From NCBI RefSeq assembly GCF_964204645.1, contig NC_134025.1, forward strand, positions 26,392,299 to 26,456,298: a DNA stretch of 64,000 nucleotides. The letters are read 5' to 3'. Numbering within the stretch: the first letter of the stretch is position 1; each line of letters begins with the position of its first letter. Shown here piece by piece: positions 11,786 through 25,813 of the stretch. Position numbers and translations under genes: made by a program. The notes below the pieces were generated by a model. That model was not told where the DNA came from. It did no database searches and was given only the letters and a program-made list of their open reading frames with translations. Origin of the DNA: Tubulanus polymorphus. Taxonomy: Eukaryota > Animalia > Nemertea.

Positions 11786-13140
11786 ACAGTGCAAGCACCC
11801 ACACTTCACACATTTGACACAAACTCGTGCCATTTCATGAAATCTCGTGTCCTTTTCAATTTTTGAAAAACTTCTCACAGACTTTTATAAGATAAAAACC
11901 TCGCGCCATTTTCTTAGAGGAGATTTCGCGCCATTTTATAAGATGATGAAATCTCAGAGGGCATCAAGACTACACAATACTCAAGGTATGTTATAGGTTT
12001 TAGGTGAAGCGGTCTCAAGACTATACAAATACACAACCACAGTAAGCATCCACACTTAACACGTTTGACAAAAACTCGTGCCTTTTTATGAGATGAAGAT
12101 ATCTGGTATCCTTTTGAATTAAAAAAAGAACTCTCGTAGGCTTTTATAAGATAAAACTTTGAGCCAGAGCATGAGAGGAGTTTTCGCGCCATCCATATCA
12201 GATGAATAACTGCAGCGTATAAAGACAGTTCTAAAGGTAGGTTATAGGTTTTAGGCCTCAGCCGCTCTAAGACTTCACAAATCAAAATCCACAGTACAAT
12301 CATTCACACTTCACAACATTGACAAAAATCTCTGCCATTTAATCATATGATGATATCTTGAATTCTTTTGAATTTCGAGGTATTTGGGCTTGCGCTATTT
12401 TGAAATTTTCTCATGCTTTATTTTGAAGTATATTTGTCTTGCACTATTTTGAGGTATTTCTCATGCTATTTTGAGGTACTTCTCACGCTGTTTTCAAACA
12501 TTTCTTGTACTGGATGAGATATCCTTCACCACTATCAGATGAATGGACACAGTGCATTAGACAGCCCAACTTTGTCCCTGCCAAAAAACGTTTTCCTTAC
12601 GAATTCCACAATTTATGGTGAAAAAGGTCCTCTCACTGCATTCAAACCAATCCTTTCCCTGTTACTACTCGAACACTACTTTCCCTACTTTTTTCCAAGA
12701 ACTCCAGTCCACATTAGATAAAATGTCCAAAATCATCTGTCATCATGTCAGTGTATATTTCAGATCTCCATATTCTTGTTAGGCTTATAAAGTTCTGGTA
12801 CTGCCATCTAAGAAGTTGATGTTTATACCTGTGGAATATTCATCATTTTTGAATGGTAAAAGTACCAGAAAATGATAATCGTAGCATATGTAAAACAAGA
12901 GTAATCATTCGATGAAAACTAGCACGATTCTATTTGTCCGCACCATTTCATGAGTTGAAACCTCGCGCCATTTTATTAGATGAAGCCACAGTACATCAAG
13001 ACTACACAATACAAAGGTATGTTACAGGTTTTAGGGGAAGCGGCCTCAAGACTTCACAAATAAAAACCACAGTATAAGCGCCCAAACATCACACATTTGA
13101 CAAAAACTCGTGCCATTTTGTGAGATGAAGATATCTTTCT
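11786..13140. repeat. Diverged ~250-bp repeat units (11786-12037, 12038-12289, partial 12290-12360, further copy ~12960-13140)
   Basis: The blocks CACAGT..AAGCA..CACACTT, TTGACAAAAACTCGTGCC, CTTTTATAAGATAAAA, TCGCGCCAT and AAGGTATGTTATAGGTTTTAGG recur in the same order. Confidence 0.8.
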
Positions 13141-13761
13141 TTTTGTAAGATGACGAAAACATGACCGCACAATTTTATGAGTAGAAATCTCGCGCAATTT
13201 AATTGGCGATTTGGCCATTTGATATAGATAATATTATATGACGACCAACCAAAAGCCTAAAGGCCGCCAATAGCAGCAACCCCCAAGGACATCAAAACAG
13301 ACTCCAGAAGAACCGGACGGTGGTCAGAACAGTTTACTTCATCGGTCGAGAAGTTCCAAAACTCCTTCCAAAGACCAGTTGTAGGGAACGCCAGCAGTGA
13401 GAAGATAAGATATGCTCCGCTGCCTCAGTTACGCTTCACCTAGTCCACCACCTTTCCCCACCTTCGTTTAAACTTGGAGTAATCAGACTGAATGATTACT
13501 TAAAGGTTTAAACAAGTGAATTCAAATCTTCGCTCAGTGCCAACCAAATTAAACACGAACCCACGCGCATATTTCTCACGCTACGGGCGCGTTATGGGAT
13601 GAAGAAATTACTGCTTTCCTGCGTTATCACCTTCAACTACATCTCAAGATAATTTCGGGGATTCGACCGATCTTTTTAGACCAATTATCAAGAGTGATAC
13701 AGATGCACCAACACGGAAATAGAGCGTATTTTCAGAAAATTCTATCAAATTGTTATGTATC

Positions 13762-13775
13762 GTTGCCATGGATAC
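13762..13775 (+). promoter_or_regulatory. RFX X-box in a putative promoter
   Basis: GTTGCCATGGATAC matches the X-box consensus. It is followed by a CpG-rich stretch and a donor AAG|GTTAGT at 13926/13927, consistent with a non-coding first exon. Confidence 0.55.
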
Positions 13776-16700
13776 CTGTCGGAGCATGGTGGTTTATAGT
13801 TGCACACGCGGAGCCGCCTTACGCTGCGCTGCAAGTTCAATAAATATTTCCCGGGTTTTGTTTTGATATCGAGACCGTAAATATTTGTAGCCTGGACCTA
13901 TCAACTGATCATCGTTTGTATCAAAGGTTAGTTATAATATCTTGCTACGCGATAATCTAATAAAATGAAAAAAATGACAGGATCAAGCGTTGAAAGTTTT
14001 GCCGTGCAGCTTTACACGCGTTTTGGGTCACGATCATGATTATTAGATAGTGCACCAAACTCGGTTAAGTCGTCTCTTTTTTAAGACCAAATTTCTACTT
14101 ACAATTGAATTTACTTAGTATGTATCAGTCTTCAACATAATGATGGACTTATGCGAGCTGGACTTTTATATATGAATAATTTTCACCCCGGAGTGATATC
14201 TAAATAAATCTAACTGTATCTGACCGTTAGGATAGATGGATTCGTAAAATTCTCCAATACTATAGTAACAATACGTGTATTCAGTGATTTATGTGTATGT
14301 GTATGTGTTGATTTGAATATGCATTACGGTACGTCAATTTTAATTGAAACCACGTAAATTTATTTATTTATATTTGTGTCGTAGAAATATCTAATAACTC
14401 TGCCAGGTAAGCTATAATACTCGTATGTTCATGGGAAAACTGTAAAGCTTTAGGGGATTATCTTAATTTTCCAGTTGGTTAAATAATCTGTTAAGATCAT
14501 ACGAGTACACTCGCCCAATTTCCTCTGCTCGTCTTCAATATACTTATCAGGACGGAATATTACTGTCTAAATATAGTCTTCGTGATGAGATAAACACAAT
14601 AACGGAGTTATAATGCAATATCGCTGACACGAATGTCTGTAGCATCGTCGTATTGAGCAATATTTCATAATATCCATTTATAAAAAATGCCTGCTTTACC
14701 CAAATGGTGTTGACGCCCAAGTGAGCATGATCCTAGTCACAGTGCGCTTTCCAAATTCCGACGGGAAACACAATTTTTGATTAACAACAAGTATTTCTTT
14801 CCAATACACGATCGTACGTAACGGGCGTATTACTCCTTCAGATGTTAAACTGCGCCTGGTGATGTATACGTACAGGTTCAATTAGCCCCCTGATGTCTCA
14901 TGTTATGCTGTTTGCCCGGGGAACCGCAAGCTACGACTTGCCATAAACGAATTAGGTTTTTACGACTTGTTCGTAAGAGGTACGAGGTATAGACAACCGC
15001 CCTGATTGTGATTACGGCGAGGCGGTATTTTCTATCAGACGAGATGAGCAACAGAAACAAACACACATACAAGACGTTAAAGTAATGAGAGGTGACGCTG
15101 AGATGTAGCATTTTACGATAGCGTATTCCGTTCTACTTTTTTATTTCAAGGAGATACTTGATGCCCATGGCACGCAGTTGGTCGAGAATGCAGTTTTCGC
15201 GACTGCAAAACGAAGGATTAACAATCAATCACTTACAGAATAAATCTTATTATACAGAACACGCTATCTGCTGCAATACCTGCGATGAATACAGATTGAA
15301 AAACCTTTGTGAAAGTTCTCTAATCTGCGATGGAAGTTCTCATCGCGTTTTGTTCTCTAGACCAGACGAAATCGATCGGGCTTAATTTCTCAAGACGACC
15401 TGGGAAAGAGAAAACAGCGCGCAAACGAAGGACGACTCTTCAACGAAGAAATGAATGGAAGTAAGTTCATCTTCATTAACGGACCAAGACATTTCATGCA
15501 CGACGCGTTACCGAACAATTAACGGAAAGCCTACGCAGCCGAAACGTCGGTGTTAATCCAAAATTACTACTCGTCGCCACCATGGGCAATGTTTTACGAT
15601 TGTTTGATGCATGCGCCAATTTTTAATGCTAGCCTAAATTAGCCACTGACCACGAATTATGGCAATCGCTGTTGTGGGGAGAATGCTTTATAACGGAAAT
15701 CCGACGCGCGTGAGGACGCTTTTCCTAGCAAAACACCAACACCGTACAATAGGCGTTACAAGGTGCCCCAGGAGGAAATACGAGTAACGTAGTTTTCTGG
15801 GAAAAGAATGAAATCAAACGTTCGATGAAGAGTAGGATCGGCTTGGTAATCCGATTCTGTGCGTGGCAAAAATTCTGACATTTTGTGTTTCAACCTTGTT
15901 CCGTAAGCTCTCTGAGTAGTTATTGCTTTCAAAAGCCACGATGTCCTTCGAAACTTATCGTACCTTTGAGTAATACATATGAGATGAAAGTTACTCCTTG
16001 CTCGGATTTCATAACCTCTATTAGTAGTGTGCGGGGTGGTGTAATCCTACAGTAGCTAATAAATTAGAAAAAAAAACATCAAAGGCTACGGATTATAGTA
16101 AGATTAAAACACTACTTGGTGATCTTCTCTTCGTGGCAATTCATTAAAAAGGGTTTTTTGAATCATCTTCTCTCCTCACCTTTAAATGAGAACGCATGAT
16201 ATCAATGTGGCATTAAGCTCGATGATATCGCGTTACCGAGACTTCTCAGTCGAGGAAGTTATCTTCTTTTTGTAAAACTAAATGTTTGATTAAACTTAAT
16301 GCTCCAAATGTATTAAAGCCTGGCACACAATACGAAACGAAAAGAAAATGATATTTTTGGTCGGAAGCGAATCAATTCATTCCTAACACATTAACACTTT
16401 TATACTTTTATCAAAGATGATAAACGCAACACCATAATTCAACCGTTATACGATCAATTTGCATTAGTTTGTAAGCCCATCTGCAGACTAACGATAGTGA
16501 TAAATGTCCACTTCAGCGGGATGTAAATTAATCTGTTCAAGTACGCTAGACCTGTGATAGGTATTTAATGGCAAACCTGCAACTCGATAGTCTTTTCGCT
16601 GACAAACCGTGAAATATCAATCTTCCTCCCGCAGTTTGCTAGACATTATAACTTGACGTAACAGTCAATGCAGTTCAATCATAGCACGTTGATGAAGTAC

Positions 16701-18099
16701 AAGCCCCACATCCTAATAACTAAAGCAATCAGACGAATTTCTAATTTCCGCTCAATTTATAGCTCTCAAAAAAGCATAATTGGGTGCACAAGTGGTAGAA
16801 ACTTGAAAAGAGAAAAAATGCCTTTGTAAAAGAGGATGTGGTTTCGGATACAACTATAAAATTTACACGAAACACGTCAGTAATAACTCAATTTGGGATG
16901 AATCTGAAGTTCACAAGTAGCAACAAGCTAACTTTTGTAAGAGTGTTCCTCTGTGCTTAATTAATTACACGCGTTTATTAAGGTTGCTGTAGTTTCATGA
17001 AGTGCATCTAACCCTAAAAATGATAGACTATCAATAAAGCTGTTGACAAAACTCAGCGTAGATGAACTTAAAGTTCACAGAGTTTATTTTCGTATCCGTA
17101 TCAAGCATTTCTGGCCAGTAGTTACTACAAAACACACGAAAGTTGCTTAGTACGACTCCGATACCCGAAGAAATCTAATCTCTCGATATCAGGTCTTCTT
17201 TTTCGAATTTTCCCTAGCGTTGAATACGGGCGATGAGATATGTACAAAACGTGTGAACCAGTGTACTTAAATTCTACTTAACACATTACTTAGCCACAAA
17301 TCACCGGAGAAAGATCTAATCAAAATCTCATTTCCCTATTCATTAATTACCTAGATTATTTTGGACAAGCTGTCAAGAAGATAGGGGCCTTCTATCTGTA
17401 TGTTCGAAAATTAACAGATATATGTGGACTTTCACGCAAATAGATGCAAAGGTCGTCTATTAATTCACCCCGACCACCTTTTATAGCTTCTTTTATGACG
17501 GTTTGACAGAATTCATGCCGTGTCTTAAAAATTGAAGTTAATCCGGATATTGATGACGCCAGTCAGTGCTAAGCTCAGCAAAATCGATCGTATTTTTACG
17601 ATTCAGATTCTTTCGCCGAAAACCTTCAAGGTTACGGGGGCAGAAGGAAGGATTGATAAGTTCTATCCATGCTGGGATCAGAGCTCGATGAAAATCGAAT
17701 GGATATGTTTTATACGCCATACGAAAAAATGGAAGTGAACGAAGAAACCTTGACAAAATAACGATCGCAATGAATATTTTGAATAGGAATATGTTTTGTG
17801 TCGGGCTATCGAATTCGAGATTTTCCTCAGATATTTTGTCCTTCGATCATTTCGGCCGCGTTGATGTGGGAATGACATTGGCACGAAATGCGTTTATATT
17901 GGCGCCAACGGAAGGTAATAGCACATCATGCGGTCGGCTTATTTTCGTACTTATAAGATATTCATGTATGCATCGAGACTAAACGACCGCAAACCTCAAT
18001 CTAATAAACCATTCGTTTTCAACGATGGCTCTTACTGCAGAATACCGTATCGATTCACACTGGTTGCATCTCATGTATCTTAATTAGTTGACTTGTCGG

Positions 18100-18125
18100 T
18101 GACGTCACTGTGAACCCTGACGTCA
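18100..18125. promoter_or_regulatory. Tandem full cAMP-response elements
   Basis: TGACGTCA at 18100-18107 and 18118-18125. Confidence 0.5.
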
Positions 18126-18531
18126 CACGTCGGAAAGGATACCGCATTCAGAACCCCACGATTCGTCATCGTTGCCTCGATTGTAGAGAACCGAAGGTGC
18201 TCTCTACTTTCATTAATTGACTGCTGCCAGCGAATCTGGGTCTTTGTGCGCGACTTATCAGATCGAATTAAACATTTGATGAGATAGTATACTGCGTTAT
18301 TGTTCTAACCTAATATCGAATAATATCCCCAATACATATCGAAATACTCTTACCCTATACCGAAGTAATCAATATTGGTCGAAATACAGGTGCCGTGGCT
18401 TGTTTATCTAGACGCACTGTCATCTCTCTAATTACGTATATGATAGTAACATGTTGTCGTATAGCAACGGAAAGAATATGGATAACATAGTGTTCTCTGA
18501 TGAACTATACAATGTAATTTCTTACTTTTAG

Positions 18532-18571
18532 ACGCAACAGTTCAACTTGAATGGCTTGGCAAATTATACAG
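18532..18571 (+). other. Candidate 40-nt (probably 5' UTR) exon
   Basis: Acceptor TTTCTTACTTTTAG|A and donor CAG|GTACGT. Confidence 0.3.
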
Positions 18572-19899
18572 GTACGTTGATACTATTAGTGTTCATTTGT
18601 TTCGAGAAACCCCGTCATAACATTATGTCTTTATCACAACATTGTGTCCCAAAGCATCGAGTTTAGATCGAACTGATGTGTTGCTTGAATATCTGAATCA
18701 CCGTGTGCCTAAAAAGGCAGACTATGTTCACATGAGGCGTGGCTTTGCGGATTTTTTTTCTCTAATTTATCGATGGTAGTCTGGAAATAATGATTATCGA
18801 TGATGGATCCATTATTCATCGTTGATTAATTATCACACGTTTCATGTTTTGCGACGAATAGATTGCGATGATTACATCACCGATTTTTTTTTTCAAAACC
18901 CGGCGTTAAACCATTAATGAAATCGCATTTGTCGAACATATTCGAATTTTCATAACTGCGTCGAGATTTAAAATGAGGTTGAAAAGCTATGAAGCGCGAA
19001 TGATTGATCAGTCTGATCAATAGCACCGCGGCGACGAATCTATTCCGGCATGCGTCTTACGGTTCCGTTTTCCGTGAAAAGTAGGATTTGATATTTTTTT
19101 TTCGTTGTAAATCGGCTTTGGATATATCTGGGACTATGCCTACTACGATTAGCTCAAAATCTAATGGTGAAATTGTCGCCGATCAATGCAAGTCCATTCT
19201 GGAGCATTGCTATCCATTTCGGCTTTTCGGTGTCGAGTTCTCTGTACATTATTCCAAGTGTTCTTGTCGAACAGATCCGACACTACCTTCTCATTAATTT
19301 ATGTCAATGACATCCACCGAACACCAGCACTTACTTGAATAAATAGCTTAATCTTCCGAAATATAATGCAAAAAATCTAATGTGTACATATTCAATTTCA
19401 AATAGTTTCCTTCACCTTGATTATATCTAGACATAATGATATAACGCAGAACAGTATTGCTACAGAGATGTATATGATATGAATTCATTTTCAGAAGAAA
19501 CAGTAAAATGTTTGAAAGAACATAAGGCATCACCAGGGTTTTTGAAATTTCTTAGTACCACTATCTCAATTAAAGGAACTTAGCGCCATCTAAGGGCTTC
19601 ACAGATTTTCTTCTGTATCAATAGGATATCAGTCAGCGTTTCTCAATTTTTTGACGCAGTAAAAAAACCTACAATAATGTTCATATACATTGATACCCAT
19701 GCGTTATTTTGGGTGAATAACTTATCAATTGGCACTAAATCATTGAAACTGAAATATAAATCAGAGAAACACATTTATACGTCGACTTCTTAATATCAGT
19801 CATTAAAATTCCACCGTGATTACTGTATCTTTTACGGAAGCCATAAGAGGCCTTTAGTTGATGCGTGCCAACACTGAATAATCATGTCAACATATTGCA

Positions 19900-20151
19900 T
19901 CAAGTTGACATAAATATGCCGACATATCGTCACGCTTTGACGACATCTTTCGTTTTGTCGACACATTCATGACGACTTAAAACTCAGTCGTACCAGTCGT
20001 CATATTTCTTGCGTCTTCATCTTACTCTTTAACGTGTCGTCAAATGTCGATTTGCCACGAGGAAAATGGTCCACAAAACGAAATATGTCAAAATGTCACG
20101 ATATGTCGACTCTACGCGATGTATCGTGACATGTCGACATATTTTGTAATG
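19900..20151. mobile_element. Decayed foldback/MITE remnant rich in ATGTCGACA motifs
   Basis: Many TGTCG/CGACA(T) motifs; imperfect hairpin at 20081-20145 (ATGTCACGATA / TATCGTGACAT, AAATATGTC / GACATATTT). Confidence 0.4.
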
Positions 20152-20517
20152 AAATATATAACAAAACTCTTATTTTATTATTGATAAATAATGATAGTTA
20201 TTTTTGAAAGGATGCGCAGTACGTCATCAATGTATCGAGGCATGACTGGTTGCCGGTCAATTCATTCAATTATCGATATTCAAATCCTTTTATTACTTCA
20301 TTGATCTCTAATAACTTATATCATACTATTTATTGTCGACAATACATATGTGTGTTATTTTTCAAGGCGTCAATAAACTTTCAAGATAGTTTTCTTGTGA
20401 AGAAGGTATTTGCCACTTGAACTCCTATGATTTATGATTATATATGATCCGGCTGTTGAAACAATTGGATTCATGAAGAGAGCAATTTAATGAACTGCAT
20501 GAGTCACATCTTATTAA

Positions 20518-20541
20518 ATATATATATATATATATATATAT
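20518..20541. repeat. (AT)12 microsatellite
   Basis: Direct reading. Confidence 0.95.
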
Positions 20542-23048
20542 TTATGTATATATCGACGTGCATTAGTGGTCAGTTAATAGGTGTATTGTCTAAGTTACAA
20601 TAGCATTGACCGGGTGGTCGGGTATAACCCTGTTGCTTGTCAATAAACGATGAGAATCGCATTATGAATTTACCCAAAGTACGGGTGAAATGCATATCAT
20701 AGATGGATTTCAATTCGTTTATCTCCATACACGGTTGAACTCATGATGGGTATATTGGAATAAGGTAGGTTAATGGTCACGTTTATCTACTGCAGTTAGT
20801 TCACGGCAATCTATTTTCTTCGTGTGGCCTTCTGAGCGCTATTTTGTGACACGTTGAGCTATGAGTGTTTCTTCGAGACAGTTTTTCATGTTATCTTTGT
20901 TCTCACGCAGTTGTTGTTGGCGTTTACGCGAAAACAGGGACATAGAAAGCGGGATTAACTCGATGCTACTGAGCTCGGAAAGGCTGTATTTTCTAAGAAT
21001 ATCTAGAGAAATGGATTAGAGCTGTTGTTCCGTGTTGTCAGGAGTCAGCGACGATCTTTGTAAAAATATGCCCGGGGCTATATTGACCGGGCAACTTGTT
21101 TTGCCGAGATTCCATGATCGATTGTCTCGTGAAAAATATTCCGAGGTAGGGTCGAGATGTTTTTGAAAGACCTTCTGATTTGATGAAACTGTTCAGCCGA
21201 ATAGTGTATGCATCGTTAAACGTGAGCAATTATTTATTTCATCACAAAACGTGTTGCGACGGTCTGACGGCCGCAAATCACCGGATTTATGCTGCGCTTA
21301 AAAGCCAAATAAGGAGATGATTTTCCGCGTGTCTTTCGAGCCGATTAACGTGCTTTACCAGTGTGGCGGTGAATTACCTTTGCGCTAGCACACATCAGCG
21401 TCATAAAACTTACCAAAAGAACCTTAAAATCATCTTTCACCTTAAGCTTTTCTTTCGTAACATTAATGATTTTAATGCAGATGGATATTATGAAAATTGT
21501 TTTCTTTCACCTTCCTCAATACGTACAAAACGGCAAGAGTGAAACTAAAACCGGGGCCTATAGAAACACTAGCGTCGTTCAGATAAAAATTCTTGAAACA
21601 GGTGTACGAACTGCGATTAGGACAAGGAATAATCAACATCAACTATACGAATGCTGTTCGGGGCTAAATCAGTATTTTGTGACTATTTTGAGGCCTATCG
21701 AATGCATTCTTCATATCGGTCACTTTCCTCAGTGTCAATATTTCCTGTCTACTCATAACATGTCTTTATGTGTTTCTCTCTTAGACACTACATGTCTATC
21801 GCTGTTTGCTATTTTTGCATTATTAATGAGAGTATCTATCTCTATTTGCTTTTTTTCTATCATTAATGAGAAGAATTCCCGAAGGTTGTAAAGAGAACGA
21901 TATTTGCTTTTTATATCGATGCATCGTCGACGTGTTACATTTGAATTATCTGAAGTTTAAGGTTCCTTAGGGTACTTTATTTGAGGCACCTAATACTTTT
22001 TTCCTATTCATTTCGATTCAACATATGTATTCACACTTCGCTAAATATCAATTCCACGTTCACGTTCTATGCGTATAACGTTTCTAGATGTATTTAACCT
22101 CGCTTTCCTCCGCTTTTCGTATATCTTATTTGTTTTTAGAACAAATAAACACAATTTTCGTGAAAACATTCTCGTATCAATCTGATAAGAGAAGTTAGAA
22201 GCCGTTGATATATTCGTTTATTCTCTTTTCTTCACATAAAAACGAAGTCTAGTGTCTAACTTGCATCGATACAACGTATCGTGGGAGAGATATCAAAATT
22301 TCATATTTGTGCAAATGAGGTTACTGTAATAGGTTTTATGGGCCCCTCACACGCGTCAATATCCATGTGCCTGATTCATTTTTTTTGTCAATAGGCTAAT
22401 GCGTAGCCATTGGGAAAGTTGTAGAAATCTATACATAATTTCCGTGGACAACACAGAATGTTCGCGTCGTAAGAAAAAACTTGTCCTGGTCAAGAAACTA
22501 TCTACGCAAAGGCTAATCTTTACTAAGACCCCGGCATAAGTACAGTGAAGTTTATGTAATCCGACGCGAAGAAACATATTGTTATTCTTTTGGCATTTAT
22601 TCTGTATCTGCAGATATAAGCTGATTTTCTTCTATAAGTATCGATAGATACGGGAGTCGCTAGTCAATATTCCAGCATCTTACAACCTCACGTATGTCTT
22701 ATCGATATTTACAGCGTTAATACTATCAGTGAAATGTTGCTAATGATGAAGATTAAATCGGCATCGTATTGTATGACGACGAATGATTTCTAATGATTGT
22801 CAATATGCTGTCCATAGATAGATTTTATTTCACTGCCTTCATTATAACCAGTGACGTGAGAAGATCTTTCCGGCGTGGAATCTGACGTTTTCAGCATCAA
22901 GGGCCTCAAAATACGAAGTTAATTGACAAATTGCCTTCCGCACGATAATGTGCTGTACCTGATAGGACTGCATTTTCAGCTTGTAAAAGAGTTATTTTGT
23001 AATTTCGTAATGCGTTCTGTGTGACTTGAAGTTATATATTGTATGTGT

Positions 23049-23159
<111 letters not shown>

Positions 23160-25497
23160 GTATGACAATGATAATTTCGTAGATAAATCTAAAACAGTGC
23201 AACATCTGATGTTAACATCAACAGTTAGGAAAATCGAGACAAATTCGTCTCACGTTCCTCGCGAGAAATGAAACTAAAGAAGGCCATTTGTCACGGTACT
23301 TCTCTGACAATGGTCCAGCGTTCCGGAGCCTATGGTAAGAAAATAAACGTTTTTATTAGATGATATCGATGGATTCGTAGATTCCACGTAGATTTTCTAT
23401 ATTACGTGTCGTGCTAAATTTTGTACGACGGTTCTTTTATGGTTTTTGATACGGGATGAAATATGCATTCGCAAATGTCACACATATCGTTTGAAACCCA
23501 TCCCTCACCTATGTATTAATCATTTATTCAGTTATTTCTCGGCAAGAAAAAACATCCGATTACGGTGTATTTTATAGCAGTAGAGTCTCGTCTGCGACAG
23601 CCGGGGTCTCGCGTTGATAGAATTGTGTCTGCGTATTCAAAGCAATGACCGGTGATCGTTAGGTAATTAATGTGTTTTTACTTGACTCGAGCTGGTACGA
23701 ATAATTTCAGTGATTACATTCATACTTGAATTTATATGATAATGGTTTGTTGCTGAAATAATGTTGGATACAATATACTTACTGTTCGCGAGATTAAGTA
23801 AACTGAAATCTCAGTAAGACGTCAAGACCTCTCGAAAAATTAATCAAGTTTCTCTGGCGGGCACCCGCAGTGATGGAGTTTAATGTCTCTATTAAGTCGT
23901 TTTTCAATATCATATCCCTCGCAGTGAGAGATATTTTCCGCGGGGAATGAGCTGGCATTCCGACGGGGCATACGTGTGATTATTTTTATCGGATATAACC
24001 TCGAACCATTAATTAACTGAGCTTATCCCGCAAGTAACACACATCAGATTATGTAAATGTCTGATAAATGGGTCGATAAGCAAAGGCATCATAATATGAC
24101 AGAAATTGGACACGGGTGAGTATAGTATCTGGTTTTACTGGATGATGTATATATGTTTTGGTAAATAGCGGCAACTCGATGAGTTTCATATGCATAGCAC
24201 ATCATTTTTGTATTGATCTGATAGATTTCACCGGTCAATTTCTAGAACCGGTATTCTAGTTGATTTACATATCATGGCGCTGAATTAAAAATGTCACTGC
24301 TCAGTTGACTCTAGGCGTTGAGTTAAAATATTTAAATTTATTTATTGCCGTGTTACGGCGTTTTTTATGAATGTATTGACTCCATTATCGACAGCAGTCT
24401 CTTAGTGACAGCTAATTCGTCACCTAAATACACCTTAGTAGACTTTTTATCGGTGCCGCTCGCTATAAAACTGTAGACTAGAGAATCTGGATGCACAACT
24501 GTGATGATTCTGACGATAAAACTACATGTATACGGCGACATGTTTCGATCCCTGATATAACCGACCTGGCCGCGCCGGCGCGCATAATATCCAGATGTCA
24601 GATTGCCTCAATCGGATTCGTAACAGCGGTCATTTCGTGTTCAGATTACCTCCACGATATCACTCGCCAAGAATAGTTTATCAGTCTGTAGTTGACGATT
24701 TGTTCATAACGTGGAGATTTTCAAAAAGAAGTTTCCGGAATGATGATGATGTATATTATATAATCCTTGTACCAATTATTTATGCAAAATAAATCAAACC
24801 AAATATTAGTGCCCTATTTTGACGGTGAATGATATAAGATCAGGCTAGCCTCATATTAGTTGTAAAGACAATTTTCGATATAGATTAAGCCTAGCACTTT
24901 TTGATATTAGCTTAGACTTTGCTCTTGAATCCATTTGTGTTGTACGAATTGGAATTGTGTACATTTCCAATCTATTGCCATTTTGCATATTCGAATTGGT
25001 CGCCGATTGAATTGGCATTTCAGTATTCCGCTGTAAGAGTATAAGGAGAGCTATTAAATGAACTGTAATTCAATTTGTTTGATTGATCCTGAACATCCTG
25101 TATGTCAAGTGAACTCCCGGCAAAAGTAATGACTATCTGCAGGAAACCATTGACAGTACGAGTCACGTTGACGAACTTTGAAACGTTAGATGAAGCCTGT
25201 GCAGAGCTTTCATCTGCTATTTGCTCTTGCTCCTTTTTTCGTTATCAAATTTACATTTTACCTCATGTTTGATTTTTATTTTCAGCATGTAATGTAACGA
25301 CTGCAAGATCTTCGGGGATTTGCCTTCAAACGCGTAGACCTAACTCACTTCCGACAATAACTTGGATAACAAACCAGGACAAATGTGTTTTTCCTAACAA
25401 CGATATCATTCATTCTGAAAATTACTTCAATGAATCAATGGATATAATCTAGGTGCTTCAGCGAAAACGTTGTTTGTATTTAGAAAAAAAGTAGAAT

Positions 25498-25813
25498 ATG
25501 GGCTCATGCGCTGCCAAATCTAAGGTCAGTAACTGTATAATAGTCCAGAACGCTACCGCAGATAACCAACCACGAGCAAGTCGAACAATGAAAGAAACAA
25601 CCGTCACCGCACCATCCCAAAATGACGTCATTCATGGGCCAAGAAAACCCCGTGCTGCTGTGAATCCAACAACTCAGAACCACGTGACAACGAAACCTGT
25701 GCCCGAGACCGTACCGTCTCAACAAACAGTTAGTCCTCAGCCATCAGCAATCAACGACAAAGGCAATAAACCGCCGATGCAGGACGCGCAGGTTAACACA
25801 GAGCCAGAAGAAC
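25498..25813 (+). CDS. First coding exon (exon 25286-25813) encoding an N-acylation-type start MGSCAAKSK plus a P/T/Q-rich disordered segment; probable alternative N-terminus of the PDE1-like gene
   Basis: Acceptor TTTTTATTTTCAG at 25285; ATG in AATATGG context; 105 open codons of natural low-complexity composition; strong donor AAC|GTAAGT in phase 1. It joins in frame to the acceptor at 31805. Assignment to PDE1 is inference. Confidence 0.75.

Noticed and set aside
21466-21891. 141-aa ORF (also 27305-27697, 11914-12303 and 62948-63301)
   Set aside because: Non-ATG or weak starts, composition typical of AT-rich non-coding DNA, and no recognisable motif or splice support.
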